Assembly: GCA_027317945.1 (NCBI GenBank)
Contig: DAHVQB010000001.1
Coordinates: 9,348 to 73,347, forward strand
DNA length: 64,000 nt
Source of the DNA: Candidatus Micrarchaeota archaeon
GTDB taxonomy: Archaea > Micrarchaeota > Micrarchaeia > Micrarchaeales > Micrarchaeaceae
Direction of reading: 5' to 3'
The first letter of the stretch is position 1, and the number at the start of each line of letters is the position of its first letter. The translations under genes and the position numbers were made by a program. Below are positions 18,826 to 29,359 of this stretch, piece after piece. Under the pieces are notes generated by a model that worked only from the letters and a program-made list of their open reading frames with translations, had not been told where the DNA came from and ran no database searches.

Positions 18826-19920
18826 ATGAATGGTATTGGCAAAACTGGGAAGAAAAGAAGTTTTTGGTTCACTATAACCCATACAAAAAGCATGACGGCT
18901 GAAGAATACAAGAGTACCATAAATAAAGTAATAACTACAGTGGCCCTGGTTTTCATAGTAAGCGCATTCGTTTTCATAGGCATAGCCATATTCGGCGGCA
19001 TAGGGCAAGTCGTAAGCACCATACTGCATTCTAACCTTTACTTATACGCCCTTGCGTTCGCATCGGTATTCTTGGGGTACCTTGTGAGCTTCGGAAAATG
19101 GGCTTACTTTATGAGGAAGCTGCATGTGAAGGTGCCGCTTAAGAAGAATCTCGCAGTATACTTGTCACTTTATTCCATGGACCTGACGCCAGGCAAGATA
19201 GGCAGGGTAGTAACTGCCTACACGATGAGCAGGATAGCAAAGATAAAGGTCTTCAATGTGCTGCCCATAGTTGCCATGGATACGGTGACGGACTTTCTTG
19301 GTGCGGCGATAGTCGCACTTGCTGCTGCCATTTATTTCAATCAATTCTTGTGGATAGTGGTTGTAGCGGACTTGGTGTCCATATTCCCTGCATTTTTCGT
19401 GATAAACGACTGGTTTTTCAGGATACTGCAGAAGGCATTTAAGAAAAGCAGCTACTTGGACATGATAACCATGTATGGCGAGGAATACTTCAGCTCGCAG
19501 AGCAAGCTAAACAAGCCGAGGGTATATCTGGTGTCGCTGATGTTCACCATACCATCTGCTATACTCTATTCGCTGGCGCTCTATTTTGTGATAATGGCGG
19601 TCACGCAAGTGCCGCACATAGGCGCCGTTGCCCCTCCACCCCTGGGCCACACAGTGCTCATATATTATACCGCGCAGGTAGTTGGTTCCATGACTTCGCT
19701 GCCAGGCAACATAGGGGTTACGGATGGGGTGCTCGTAGCTACGCTGAACAGCGTGCTAGGCTTCAACAATTATACCAGCTCGGCGATAACCATCATGACA
19801 AGAATCGCCACGCTGTGGTTTGGGGTGCTTATAGGCGGCGCATTCCTGCTCTATACGTTCCGCTATTGGAACCCTACAAAGCACGAGCTAAGGCGCTTTA
19901 GAAAAAACAGAAACAGATAG
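18826..19920 (+). CDS. UPF0104 / lysylphosphatidylglycerol synthase TM-domain (flippase-like) protein
   Basis: TPGKIG, LPGNIGVTDG and TRIATLWF motifs; multi-TM. Confidence 0.85.
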   Translation: MNGIGKTGKKRSFWFTITHTKSMTAEEYKSTINKVITTVALVFIVSAFVFIGIAIFGGIGQVVSTILHSNLYLYALAFASVFLGYLVSFGKWAYFMRKLHVKVPLKKNLAVYLSLYSMDLTPGKIGRVVTAYTMSRIAKIKVFNVLPIVAMDTVTDFLGAAIVALAAAIYFNQFLWIVVVADLVSIFPAFFVINDWFFRILQKAFKKSSYLDMITMYGEEYFSSQSKLNKPRVYLVSLMFTIPSAILYSLALYFVIMAVTQVPHIGAVAPPPLGHTVLIYYTAQVVGSMTSLPGNIGVTDGVLVATLNSVLGFNNYTSSAITIMTRIATLWFGVLIGGAFLLYTFRYWNPTKHELRRFRKNRNR

Positions 19921-19949
19921 GAAAATTAAAAAATCAGGAATAGTGATGA

Positions 19950-20321
19950 TTAGGCCTCCTCAGATTCGTCAGGATCCATGCTCATCTCTTCGTCATCGCC
20001 TTTCGGCTCTTCCGGCGCAGCGCCGTCTCCCTTTTCGATGACCTTTATCTTGCCGAACTTGCCCGTCGAAAGCTGCGGCGTGCCCCTGAATTCGCCAACG
20101 TAACCGTTGGTTATCTCTACGGTATCACCGATGTTGACATCGTTTATGTCGCTGCCCCAAAGGGACATGGCGATCGTTCCTGAATCGTCCTGAAGTGTTA
20201 TATTGGCAACGCTCAGCCTCTTACCATACTTCGACATGACTTCCCTCGGATCGCTCTTCTCAGTGACCTTCGCCTGTATGGTGACGTTGCTAGCTCCTGT
20301 CTTTAATTCGATTATTTTCAT
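19950..20321 (-). CDS. ssb: Single OB-fold ssDNA-binding protein with acidic tail
   Basis: LQDDSGTIAMSLW, GDTVEITNGYV.EFRG.PQL; D/E-rich C-terminus. Confidence 0.85.
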   Translation of the reverse strand: MKIIELKTGASNVTIQAKVTEKSDPREVMSKYGKRLSVANITLQDDSGTIAMSLWGSDINDVNIGDTVEITNGYVGEFRGTPQLSTGKFGKIKVIEKGDGAAPEEPKGDDEEMSMDPDESEEA

Positions 20322-20493
20322 TTTATACCCCCAATCTCCTTTCAATAAGCAGATTCAAGATTATTTTATAATGGCAAATTATTTTAAGCTTTGGCTTTTT
20401 GAGTGATGGTCATCTCCTAAAAGGTTGATTCCCGTCCATACATGAAATAGCGCAGTGCCTTTTAATCTTTTATGGCAAATATTTAGTGATAAA

Positions 20494-21321
20494 ATGGCTG
20501 ATGAAGGCGAGGGCGGAAAGGTGAAGGAGGAGCCGAAGCTACAGCCAGGAATGCATCCTTCTTTCATGAATGTACTCAAGACAAGGGAGAGGGTAAAGGA
20601 GAGGCTATCCGGCGTGAAGCACAAGATAGGGATATACAGCGCTAAGGGAGGAGTTGGTAAGACCACCGTCTCGGTGAACACTGCGTATGCGCTTAGCGCG
20701 AAAGGGTTCAAGGTCGGCCTGCTTGACGCTGATATAGATTGCCCCAACCTATCGATCTTCCTAGGGATAGAGGGCATGATGGACGTCTCGAGCTTCCCGC
20801 TAAAGCCGATAGAGAAGTATGGGATAAAGGCGGCCAGCACCGCTATGATAGTGGATGATACAAAGAAGCCCATAATCTGGAGAGGCCCCATAATAGTGAA
20901 GATGCTTTACGACTTCTTCGAGAATACGGAATGGGGCGAACTTGATTATCTTATAATAGACCTGCCGCCTGGCACATCCGACGCGCCGCTTACCATAATG
21001 CAGGTGTTGGACCTTGATGGATTCGTGATAGTCACAACGCCGCAGCGCGTGGCAGGCATAAACTCAATAAGGTCCGGGCTCATGGCCAAGAGGCTGAACG
21101 TGTCCATATTAGGAGTCGTAGAGAACATGTCATCAGGCGAGCCTAGCAAGAGCACCGGGATGGTGGTTTCGACCCTCGATACAAGGCTTCTTGGCACGGT
21201 GAAGATGAATCCGCTGTTCAGCATGGCGAGCGACGAGGGCAGGATACCGGCCAGCGAGAACGACAGCATACTGGTTATGTTCAACTCGATAATAGAGTCG
21301 CTCGTCGAGCGCAACAAGTGA
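20494..21321 (+). CDS. Mrp/Nbp35/ApbC ATPase
   Basis: SAKGGVGKTT, DADIDCP, IIWRGP, DLPPGTSD, VTTPQ, GVVENMS. Confidence 0.9.
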   Translation: MADEGEGGKVKEEPKLQPGMHPSFMNVLKTRERVKERLSGVKHKIGIYSAKGGVGKTTVSVNTAYALSAKGFKVGLLDADIDCPNLSIFLGIEGMMDVSSFPLKPIEKYGIKAASTAMIVDDTKKPIIWRGPIIVKMLYDFFENTEWGELDYLIIDLPPGTSDAPLTIMQVLDLDGFVIVTTPQRVAGINSIRSGLMAKRLNVSILGVVENMSSGEPSKSTGMVVSTLDTRLLGTVKMNPLFSMASDEGRIPASENDSILVMFNSIIESLVERNK

Positions 21322-21478
21322 GCGCGCGGATAATTCCGCTACAGGATGGACCACAGCAAAGTATATATATTTTTATGCGGAATCCTCATAACGTATGCAT
21401 ATATGTATATAGAAAATACATGAAACTGTTTATCGGAATTCGTGGTTCTCAATAATTACTGCTTAAAAGGTGGAATAT

Positions 21479-23146
21479 ATGGCTGAAAATCAACTAGGTG
21501 GACAACAGGTACTGCTGCTTCCGGAAGGATCCGCGAGGGTTCTTGGAAGGGATGCGCAGAGGACTAACATAGCGGTTGCAGTTGCTGTATCGAACGCAGT
21601 CAAGACTACGCTCGGGCCGAAGGGCATGGACAAGATGCTGGTCAGCGAGCTTGGGGACATCGTCATAACAAACGATGGAGCCACGATATTGGAAGAGATG
21701 AACGTGGAGCACCCGATAGCTAAGATAATGGTAGACATAGCGAAGACGCAGGACAAGCAGGTAGGAGACGGAACGACCAGCGTTGTGATACTCGCAGGAG
21801 AACTGCTCAAGAACGCAGGGGAGCTGCTGGAGCAGGGCATACACGCGACGACAGTGGTCAGGGGCTACAAGATGGCTGCGGAGAAGGTATCTGAAGTCCT
21901 GAATGAGAAGTCCAAGCCGCTAGACCCGCAGGATGAAGCGACCCTACAGAAGATTGCGCTCGTCTCGCTCGGATCCAAGAACGTGGGCAACGAAGCGACC
22001 AAGGTGCAGATAGCAAAGCTTGCAATAAGGGCGGTAAAACAGGTAATGGATAAGGATTCGACGGGCAAGAAGTATACCATAGACCATGACTTCATCAAGG
22101 TGGAGAAGAAGGTTGGCAGCAGCATAGAAGAGACGCAGTTCATAAACGGCGTGCTCATAGACAAGGAAGCCGCACATCCAGGCATGCCGAAGTCGATACC
22201 GAATGCCAAGATAGCACTGCTTGACGTGGCGCTCGAGATAGAGAAGACAGAGACGGACGCCAGGATAGAGATAACGTCTCCGGAACAGATGCAGGCCTTC
22301 CTACAGCAGGAGGAAACAATGCTGAAGGATATGGTCAACAAGGTAAAGAAGAGCGGCGCGAACGCGGTGTTCACGCAGAAGGGCATCGATGACGTAGCAC
22401 AGCACTACTTTGCAAAGGAGGGCATAATGGCGGTAAGGCGCGTCAAGAAGAGCGACATAGAGAAGCTCGCTAGGGCGACCGGAGCCAAAATGATCACGAG
22501 CCTTGATGACTTGACACCTGCGGACCTCGGTCATGCCGGCATAGTCGAGGAGAGAAAGATAAGCGGTGAACAGATGGTCTTTGTGGAAAAGTGCAAGGAC
22601 CCGAAGAGCGTAACAGTCTTCCTCAGGGCGGGATCCACACAGGTGCTTGACGAGCTCGAGAGGGCGCTGACTGACGTCATAGGTGCGATATCGAGCGTAA
22701 TAGAAAACTCGAAATATGTCATAGGCGGAGGCAGCATAGAGATAGACCTGGCAAACGCACTCAGGTCGTATGCGGGAGACGTTGGCGGAAGGGAGCAACT
22801 TGCAATCCAGAAGTTCGCGGACGCAATTGAGATAATACCGAAGACCCTGTCGGAGAGCGCAGGCATGGACGCGATAGACACCTTGGTGCAGCTCAGGAGC
22901 AGGCACAAGAACAAGGAAGGCAGCGTATATGGCGTTGACCTGTCAAGGAATGCGATTGGCGACATGAGCAGGCAGGGCATATTCGAGCCTACCGTGGTCA
23001 AGCAGCAGGCAGTATTCAGCGCAAGCGAAGCCGCTGAGATAATACTGCGCATAGATGACATGATCAGCTCAAGGGGCAGGGGTCCGGCAGGAGGACCTGG
23101 CGGCATGCCAGGCGGACCGGGAGGCATGGGCGGAGGGATGGATTAA
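21479..23146 (+). CDS. ths: Thermosome (group II chaperonin) subunit
   Basis: [34 protein letters not shown] tail. Confidence 0.97.
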   Translation: MAENQLGGQQVLLLPEGSARVLGRDAQRTNIAVAVAVSNAVKTTLGPKGMDKMLVSELGDIVITNDGATILEEMNVEHPIAKIMVDIAKTQDKQVGDGTTSVVILAGELLKNAGELLEQGIHATTVVRGYKMAAEKVSEVLNEKSKPLDPQDEATLQKIALVSLGSKNVGNEATKVQIAKLAIRAVKQVMDKDSTGKKYTIDHDFIKVEKKVGSSIEETQFINGVLIDKEAAHPGMPKSIPNAKIALLDVALEIEKTETDARIEITSPEQMQAFLQQEETMLKDMVNKVKKSGANAVFTQKGIDDVAQHYFAKEGIMAVRRVKKSDIEKLARATGAKMITSLDDLTPADLGHAGIVEERKISGEQMVFVEKCKDPKSVTVFLRAGSTQVLDELERALTDVIGAISSVIENSKYVIGGGSIEIDLANALRSYAGDVGGREQLAIQKFADAIEIIPKTLSESAGMDAIDTLVQLRSRHKNKEGSVYGVDLSRNAIGDMSRQGIFEPTVVKQQAVFSASEAAEIILRIDDMISSRGRGPAGGPGGMPGGPGGMGGGMD

Positions 23147-23181
23147 ACTTAGCTTAGTCCATCTTTATTTGATTTTTAATG

Positions 23182-23212
23182 TCCGGGCTTTGCCCGGATC
23201 TTCTTGCTTTTT
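23182..23212 (+). terminator. Hairpin plus T-rich tract after the thermosome gene
   Basis: TCCGGGC-TTT-GCCCGGA followed by TCTTCTTGCTTTTT. Confidence 0.5.
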
Positions 23213-23290
23213 ACCAGGCCGATCTACATTGGCTAATTCTTTGGGAGGCTTTTTAGCTTTAATTTGCGTTTAGTTCGAAATGGTAGTTTG

Positions 23291-23890
23291 ATGCTTATAG
23301 CATTCGAAGGAATCGATGGCTCTGGCAAGTCTACCCAGGCCAAGCTTTTGGCTGATCATCTCAGCAAGCTTGGGGCCAAGGTAGAACTCACAAGGGAACC
23401 GACCCAAGATGGCAGCGCAGGCATACTGCTTAAGAAAGAGCTTGGAAGCGTGGGGAACACCCCTGATCCGAGATACTTGCAGCTCCTCTTCGTTGCGGAC
23501 AGAGCATGGCACGTTTCCAACTTCATACGCCCTAAGACCGGCGACGGCGCCGTGGTCATAACCGATAGGTACATAGATTCCACGCGGGCCTACGGATTGG
23601 CGTCCGGATTGGAGATGAGATGGCTGACCCAGATAAACAGCAAGTTCCCGGCTGCAGACATTACGTTCATACTGGACATAACTCCGGAAGAGGCGGCAAA
23701 AAGGCTGGCGTCAAGAAGCGGCAAGAAGGAGCTGTTTGATGACGTTAAGACGTTCAGGAAACTGCGCAGCGCTTATCTCAGGATAAGCAAGAGGGGGGGC
23801 GGTTACCATATAATCGATTCAAGCAGGGGTATGGAAGAGATACGTAATGATATAGCAGCGATAGCAGACGCCGCGCTGCGGAAGCAGTAA
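23291..23890 (+). CDS. tmk: Thymidylate kinase
   Basis: FEGIDGSGKSTQ, TREP, LFVADR, DRYIDS. Confidence 0.95.
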   Translation: MLIAFEGIDGSGKSTQAKLLADHLSKLGAKVELTREPTQDGSAGILLKKELGSVGNTPDPRYLQLLFVADRAWHVSNFIRPKTGDGAVVITDRYIDSTRAYGLASGLEMRWLTQINSKFPAADITFILDITPEEAAKRLASRSGKKELFDDVKTFRKLRSAYLRISKRGGGYHIIDSSRGMEEIRNDIAAIADAALRKQ

Positions 23891-23972
23891 GCGTTGGTGC
23901 ATGGACGGGCCGGTATATAGGATTAAATATTTTTATTAAAGTTTATACTGTGTATTGATTTTTGGTGGCCGG

Positions 23973-24557
23973 ATGGCAAACAGGATAATAATAGTCACAG
24001 GGACGCCCGGGGCAGGCAAGACGACAGCCATAACCAATAGCGAGGGCATCACAAAAGTGAAGTACAAGGACGTCACAATAGGCACGCTGATGGAGGAAAT
24101 AGTCAAGCAGAAGGGATGGGCAAAGGACAGGGATGAGATAAGGTATCTGCCAAATGACAAGATAACCGAGCTCAGGAAACTGGCCTTCGCTGCTATAGCC
24201 GCCATGAATGACAATGTTGTGGTTGACACCCACGCTTCGATAGAGCAGAGGGGCAGGTACGTGCCAGGCTTACCTACGGCAGAGACCATGCTGCTAAAGG
24301 ACGGATTAAGGGCTATAGTTTGCATAGATGCAAGCACCGAGGACATACTTATCAGGAGAGCAAGCGACAAGAACAGGAAGCGCGAGGTCGAAGATGCAAG
24401 GCTGGTCGACATGCAGAGGGTAATAAACCTGTCCTCGCTATCCTATTACTCGCAAAAGCTGAACATACCTCTATACGTAATAGACAACAAGCAGGACATG
24501 CTGGACGCCACCGTAAAGAGATTCGCAGAGATACTGGAAGAGGTATTCAAAGAATAG
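23973..24557 (+). CDS. adkA: Archaeal adenylate kinase
   Basis: TGTPGAGKTT, DRDEIR, DTH, PGLP; sits in the adk-DUF106-rpl34e-cmk-rpl14e cluster. Confidence 0.92.
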   Translation: MANRIIIVTGTPGAGKTTAITNSEGITKVKYKDVTIGTLMEEIVKQKGWAKDRDEIRYLPNDKITELRKLAFAAIAAMNDNVVVDTHASIEQRGRYVPGLPTAETMLLKDGLRAIVCIDASTEDILIRRASDKNRKREVEDARLVDMQRVINLSSLSYYSQKLNIPLYVIDNKQDMLDATVKRFAEILEEVFKE

Positions 24558-24564
24558 TGATTAT

Positions 24565-25641
24565 ATGCTGCAGTTTCCTCTAACACCGATGTCGCCTTCA
24601 ACAGAGGCAATCATACTTATCATAGGAGTGCTTTATCTGGGGCTTTCGCTGGCAATGCAGAGGAAGCTTGTCAATGTGCACAGGATGAGAGAGCTCAGGA
24701 TGAAGATGGGCGACCTGCAGAAGGAGCTTAATGCCATGATAAAGAGCAAGGCTCCCCAGGAAGCGATAACGGCCAAAAACAAGGAATTGATGCCTATAGC
24801 GGGGGAGCAGATGCGCAGTTCCCTGAAACCAATGCTGATAATACCAATCTTCCTCATACTCTACTACTACGCCCTGCCTCTGGAATTCGGTAGTGTTGCA
24901 GTCGTGGTCAATGGAGCCACGTACCAGGCGCCGTATGCGATCGCCGTGAACAGCTCGGCAGTCTACAGCTATTCGTTCCAGTCGTCGGCAGCAGGCTATA
25001 CTTTTGTAAACTCGACCAACGGCTGCACGGGCATATCTGGGGTAGGGGCGTCTGGGACCATCAATGGCAGCAAAATCACTGGCAACTGCACGATCGAGGG
25101 CTTTTACAACGTAAACGGCGTTGGATTTGGCACCAGCATAAACGACAATCAGGTGTCAAAGGACATCGCCTTGAACGTATCCTATTCAGGCACAAATTAC
25201 TCGTACCTAAACAATCAGCTCCCAATTTCGTTCGGCTCCGCTTCCGGATCCATAAGGTACTCATACGCCAGATCCATCAATACAAGTGGGGGGAGCTACA
25301 ATTTCTCACACGTGGAGGGGTGCGGCTACAATTCCAGCAATAGCGCAGGGGTGCTGAACTTTACCGATACAAAAACACCTTGCTTGGTTACCGGTTACTA
25401 TACCGCAGAACCTGCCGCCGGAGCGCAGCAGGCCGGCTCGTCTACGCATTACGTGACATTCATAGGCAATTTGGGCAAGACCACAGGAACCGCGTTGATA
25501 TTAATGCCGCTCAATTACCAGAGCCTGTTCTTTTACCCAGTGCTTGTACTGGGGCTGATCGCATCGTTAGTGATAATGAAATATGACAGCAACAAGATAA
25601 AGCAGATGAGGATAGCCAAGGAGATAGGGCAGGATAAGTGA
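24565..25641 (+). CDS. DUF106/EMC3 (Oxa1 superfamily) insertase with a large extracellular insert
   Basis: TM1, coiled coil, SLKPMLII-TM2 and a C-terminal TM; conserved position between adk and rpl34e. Confidence 0.8.
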   Translation: MLQFPLTPMSPSTEAIILIIGVLYLGLSLAMQRKLVNVHRMRELRMKMGDLQKELNAMIKSKAPQEAITAKNKELMPIAGEQMRSSLKPMLIIPIFLILYYYALPLEFGSVAVVVNGATYQAPYAIAVNSSAVYSYSFQSSAAGYTFVNSTNGCTGISGVGASGTINGSKITGNCTIEGFYNVNGVGFGTSINDNQVSKDIALNVSYSGTNYSYLNNQLPISFGSASGSIRYSYARSINTSGGSYNFSHVEGCGYNSSNSAGVLNFTDTKTPCLVTGYYTAEPAAGAQQAGSSTHYVTFIGNLGKTTGTALILMPLNYQSLFFYPVLVLGLIASLVIMKYDSNKIKQMRIAKEIGQDK

Positions 25642-25763
25642 TATGGCTGCGGACTGGCGTATCCACACACTGCAAGCATTAATTTTGTAGGCAGGAATTT
25701 TGCTAATGTCTAAATACGTTTCTCTTGTAATATAAGTACGCATTTTTGAATTTGGTGTTTAAC

Positions 25764-26081
25764 TTGCCGAAACCTATGTATAGATCACGCAGCGTAAAGA
25801 AAGTCAACAGGATAACAGCTAAGAAGAGGAATGTAGTACATTACAGGGCAGCCAAAACTTCGCAGCCGCATTGCGCAATATGCAGCGCAGAACTCAATGG
25901 CATAAGCACAAAGGGCGGGAAATCTCGCAGAAGCAACAGCAGACTTTTTGGCGGGGTGCTTTGCGCAAGATGCACTGCAGACGTAATAACGCTTGGAAGC
26001 AGGGTAGAGCAGGGCGACATGAAACTTAATGATATAGGAATGAGGCAGCGTAAGTATGTGCTGCAGCTAGTCGCCCACTGA
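25764..26081 (+). CDS. rpl34e: 50S ribosomal protein L34e
   Basis: YRSRS, CAICSAELNG, RLFGGVLCARC; TTG start after GGTG. Confidence 0.92.
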   Translation: MPKPMYRSRSVKKVNRITAKKRNVVHYRAAKTSQPHCAICSAELNGISTKGGKSRRSNSRLFGGVLCARCTADVITLGSRVEQGDMKLNDIGMRQRKYVLQLVAH

Positions 26082-26094
26082 GCGGGGGATTTTG

Positions 26095-26619
26095 ATGATA
26101 CGGATCTGTCTGGCTGGTTTGAGCGGTAGCGGTAAGACGACACTAGGGGAGATGCTGGCCGAAGAGCTCAACATAGAGCACATACAGAAATCCTACAAGG
26201 ACGTCACAAAGGACGAGAAGGACCTGCTGCACATGCAGAAAGTAGTGACCAAGACCTACGAGAAGGATTTTGACAAGCAGGTCATAAGCATGGCCAGGGG
26301 CAAGAACTGCGTGATAAGCACGTGGCTGTGCGCCTGGTTCATAAAGGACGCCACGCTAAGGGTGTGGCTGAACGCAAGCAGGAAAGAGAGGGCAATAAGG
26401 CTTATGAAGCTAAAACAGAAGGGCAGGACATTCATACAGACATATCTGAACGAGAAGGACGTGGGCAACGTGAAAAGATGGCAGAAGGTCTATGGCATGG
26501 ATTTGAAGGATCACTCCATATTTGACATAGAGCTCAACACCGAGAATTTCACGCCGCAGGAGATGGTGGAGATAATATCCATGATCGCGCTTGCCAGGGA
26601 TAAGAAGAAGTTTGCTTAG
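26095..26619 (+). CDS. cmk: Cytidylate kinase (archaeal type)
   Basis: GLSGSGKTT, VWLNAS..RA.R, YGMD; synteny. Confidence 0.85.
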   Translation: MIRICLAGLSGSGKTTLGEMLAEELNIEHIQKSYKDVTKDEKDLLHMQKVVTKTYEKDFDKQVISMARGKNCVISTWLCAWFIKDATLRVWLNASRKERAIRLMKLKQKGRTFIQTYLNEKDVGNVKRWQKVYGMDLKDHSIFDIELNTENFTPQEMVEIISMIALARDKKKFA

Positions 26620-26627
26620 GTGTTAAT

Positions 26628-26891
26628 ATGTTGTTAGAAGTAGGCAGGGTTTGCATAAAGAAGTATGGAAGGGATGCGGGCAAGCGTGCAGTGATAACAA
26701 AGCTGCGCGAGGACGGCTTCGTTGACGTTGTTACGGCCGCAAGGCCAAAGGACAGGCGCTGCAATCCGAGGCATCTGGAATTCCTGAATGAAAAAGTGGA
26801 CGCCAAGGACAAGGCAATGGTAAACAAGGCGCTCGAACTGGAGGAGAAGGAGCCGCATCCAGCGCCAAAGCAGAAGCCCGCAAAGAAGTGA
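26628..26891 (+). CDS. rpl14e: 50S ribosomal protein L14e
   Basis: EVGRVCIKKYGRDAGK, RRCNPRHLE. Confidence 0.95.
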   Translation: MLLEVGRVCIKKYGRDAGKRAVITKLREDGFVDVVTAARPKDRRCNPRHLEFLNEKVDAKDKAMVNKALELEEKEPHPAPKQKPAKK

Positions 26892-26971
26892 AAGTGCAAC
26901 GGCTGGTCTGCTTAGATTTATTTGACCTTATTCTGAATGCTTGTGGAGCGGCCAGCTTGAGCTTTTTGCCA

Positions 26972-28081
26972 TCAGATGGTGCCTGTACTCTTCTCCTTGT
27001 CAGGTTTCTTGCTTACTTCCACGGCGTGCTCCTTCACCGCATTGCGCTGGGCCAGGTAAACTGACAGCTTCTGCTCCTCTGTGGAAAGCTGATTCTGCGC
27101 CATTCTGAGCTGTTTTCTGGCCTTGGCAACGTAGTCATGCATTTCCGTTACGGACTTTTCAAGCGTTTGCATATCATCCTTGCTAAGCGATATGGCGCCC
27201 TTTCTTGCCTCTTCTAGCTTCTTAGACCTGGACTGCTCCTCATTGCCTGCCATCTTTACCTGTATGCTAAGAGTTGCAACCTCAAAGGCAGCATACGACG
27301 TAGGCAGCAATGCGCTGACATAATCGCTCAGTGCCTTGCTCATGTCTGTAGGCCTTATTGACTTGTGCAGCATCGTAGGCGTCTTGTCTGCCTTGTTGAC
27401 GTCCCATTCGTATACGGGCCATCCCACGCCCTTGTTCTTATCTATAAACGTTTGTATGAGCGTGTAATTTATTGCTGCGGCATCCTCCCTGCTCCTGCCA
27501 TTGTAGTCAGGGTAGTTGGCTAATATCTCGTCCAGAACCATCTGGGAACGCGGATCCGGCCCGACTGCCACGCTCTCATCATACCTTAGCCTTGTGAAAC
27601 TAGCTACGGGCGCTGCTACAAGCTCTACCGATTCCTCCATGTGGTCTGCGTCCTTTACCTTCAAGGTAGGCTTTGGCGTGTAATCTATCCCAAGTTCGGT
27701 CTCGAAAGACTTAACCTGCCCTCCTGAATTCACCGATACAAGAAGCATGGCGTGGCGTCCTTCAGGGGGCTGGCCAAATATGGATGCTTCCTTGTTCGCT
27801 TCGCTTTTAAGCTCGTTTGATACGGCATGCAGACCTGCGTTTACATCCGATATGTGATCCTCCAAATCGTCATTCGGGTACTTTGCAAGCACTTCCTGCA
27901 GCACCTTTATGCCCTCCGTGGCGACATACAAGTCACCGGCCATCTGGACTATCACGTTAGTGTTGCCTATCTGGACTATCTTCTTGAAATCCTCTTGGTA
28001 ATCGTCTAGCCATATGGATACTTTGCTGTCAGCAGCTATGACTCTGCCATCTTTGTAAGCAACATTCGAAATAGTAGTCAT
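26972..28081 (-). CDS. Divergent proteasome beta-like Ntn-hydrolase with C-terminal coiled coil
   Basis: Starts M-TTISNVAYKDGRVIAADSK; KKI and MAGD at the K33/G47-equivalent positions; VAVG and GVG segments; helical C-terminal ~130 aa. Confidence 0.65.
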   Translation of the reverse strand: MTTISNVAYKDGRVIAADSKVSIWLDDYQEDFKKIVQIGNTNVIVQMAGDLYVATEGIKVLQEVLAKYPNDDLEDHISDVNAGLHAVSNELKSEANKEASIFGQPPEGRHAMLLVSVNSGGQVKSFETELGIDYTPKPTLKVKDADHMEESVELVAAPVASFTRLRYDESVAVGPDPRSQMVLDEILANYPDYNGRSREDAAAINYTLIQTFIDKNKGVGWPVYEWDVNKADKTPTMLHKSIRPTDMSKALSDYVSALLPTSYAAFEVATLSIQVKMAGNEEQSRSKKLEEARKGAISLSKDDMQTLEKSVTEMHDYVAKARKQLRMAQNQLSTEEQKLSVYLAQRNAVKEHAVEVSKKPDKEKSTGTI

Positions 28082-28156
28082 GCAATTCTACCTCAAATTA
28101 TCTATCCTGCTTAAGGTATTTAAATTGCTCGTATTAGCGGATTTGGCGCAAATCTG

Positions 28157-29341
28157 TCATTTCTTCGGCTTGGAAAGGCCTGAAAGCATACGCATAGCCT
28201 CAGGAAAGCTGCGCTTTCCGTTTAGGCCCTCATACGCGAAGTTCAAATCCGCACCTTTTTGGATCAGCAGCTCGGCAATTTTGGGGTGGCCCATGAATGC
28301 AGCCCACATCAGGGCGCTTTGGCCCGTCTTGTCCTTGCAGTTAACGTCAGCGCCCATATCTATCAACAATCTTGCGCTTTCGAGATTCCCGTAAGCAACG
28401 GACGAAATGAATGCGGTGTTCAGCAGGTTGGCTATGTGCCAGCGTATGCCTATTCTCGGGCCGATTTTGGCTGAGACGCTGAAGCCATCTTTCGTCCTGG
28501 TGAACTTGCCTGAAAGCCCGTAGTTTTCCTCATGCTTCAGCTTTGCATCCCCCAATCTTAGATTGCAGGAGAATTTTATCTCGCCGAACTTGACAAGCAT
28601 TTGCTCCGCCTTTGCGTACGGCACGGCTTCGATGTCCGAATAGTCCGATGGGAAGAACGGCTGCGATGTCAATACACCGGACGATTGGCTGCCGTTGAAT
28701 GAGAGATCGCTGCAGATTACCTTCCACTCAACCATCCTAGTCACGCAGGAATTTACGAAAACGTTGAATATGCGCTCCATTGCTGATTCTATGTCGGCGC
28801 CATTACTGAACGATATGGAGCTTATCCAATACGAGCCGAAATCCTCGTATGTTTCCATCGGCTTGAAAACTGCACCATTGTCTATTAACATGCGGGCGAA
28901 TTCGAGGTGGCCGTTTGATGTTGCTATACAGAGCGCGGTCCATCCCTTCCGATCCCTTGCGTTGACGTCAGCCTTAGCGCCGATGATGAGCTTGCCTATG
29001 TCCATGCTGCCTTCGTACGCTGCCCGCATTAGCGCGGTGCCGCCGCCTATGTCATCGGAGTCGGGATCCGCACCCTTTTTAAGAAGCAGTTTCACCAGCG
29101 CGGCATGCCCGCCTTTTGATGCCTTCATCAATGGAGTTTCTCCAATCGCATTGGCATAATTCACATTTGCGCCTTGGGTGATCTCCTTGTTGGCCTCTGC
29201 GATATCTCCATTTATTATGGCGCTTATCAGCGGCGTGCTGCGGTCTGAATTCCTTGAACCTGGCTTCAATCCGTCCCTCTTCATATACGGAAAACCCTCG
29301 CTGGCTTTGCCATCGCTTGATTGTGCAGACATGCTATCCAA
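28157..29341 (-). CDS. Ankyrin repeat protein with central insert
   Basis: TPLISA, GETPLMKA, GGTALMRA, GWTALCIA and GQSALMWA repeats with GADVN linkers. Confidence 0.9.
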   Translation of the reverse strand: MDSMSAQSSDGKASEGFPYMKRDGLKPGSRNSDRSTPLISAIINGDIAEANKEITQGANVNYANAIGETPLMKASKGGHAALVKLLLKKGADPDSDDIGGGTALMRAAYEGSMDIGKLIIGAKADVNARDRKGWTALCIATSNGHLEFARMLIDNGAVFKPMETYEDFGSYWISSISFSNGADIESAMERIFNVFVNSCVTRMVEWKVICSDLSFNGSQSSGVLTSQPFFPSDYSDIEAVPYAKAEQMLVKFGEIKFSCNLRLGDAKLKHEENYGLSGKFTRTKDGFSVSAKIGPRIGIRWHIANLLNTAFISSVAYGNLESARLLIDMGADVNCKDKTGQSALMWAAFMGHPKIAELLIQKGADLNFAYEGLNGKRSFPEAMRMLSGLSKPKK

Positions 29342-29359
29342 GACCTAACAATCGGGCCG

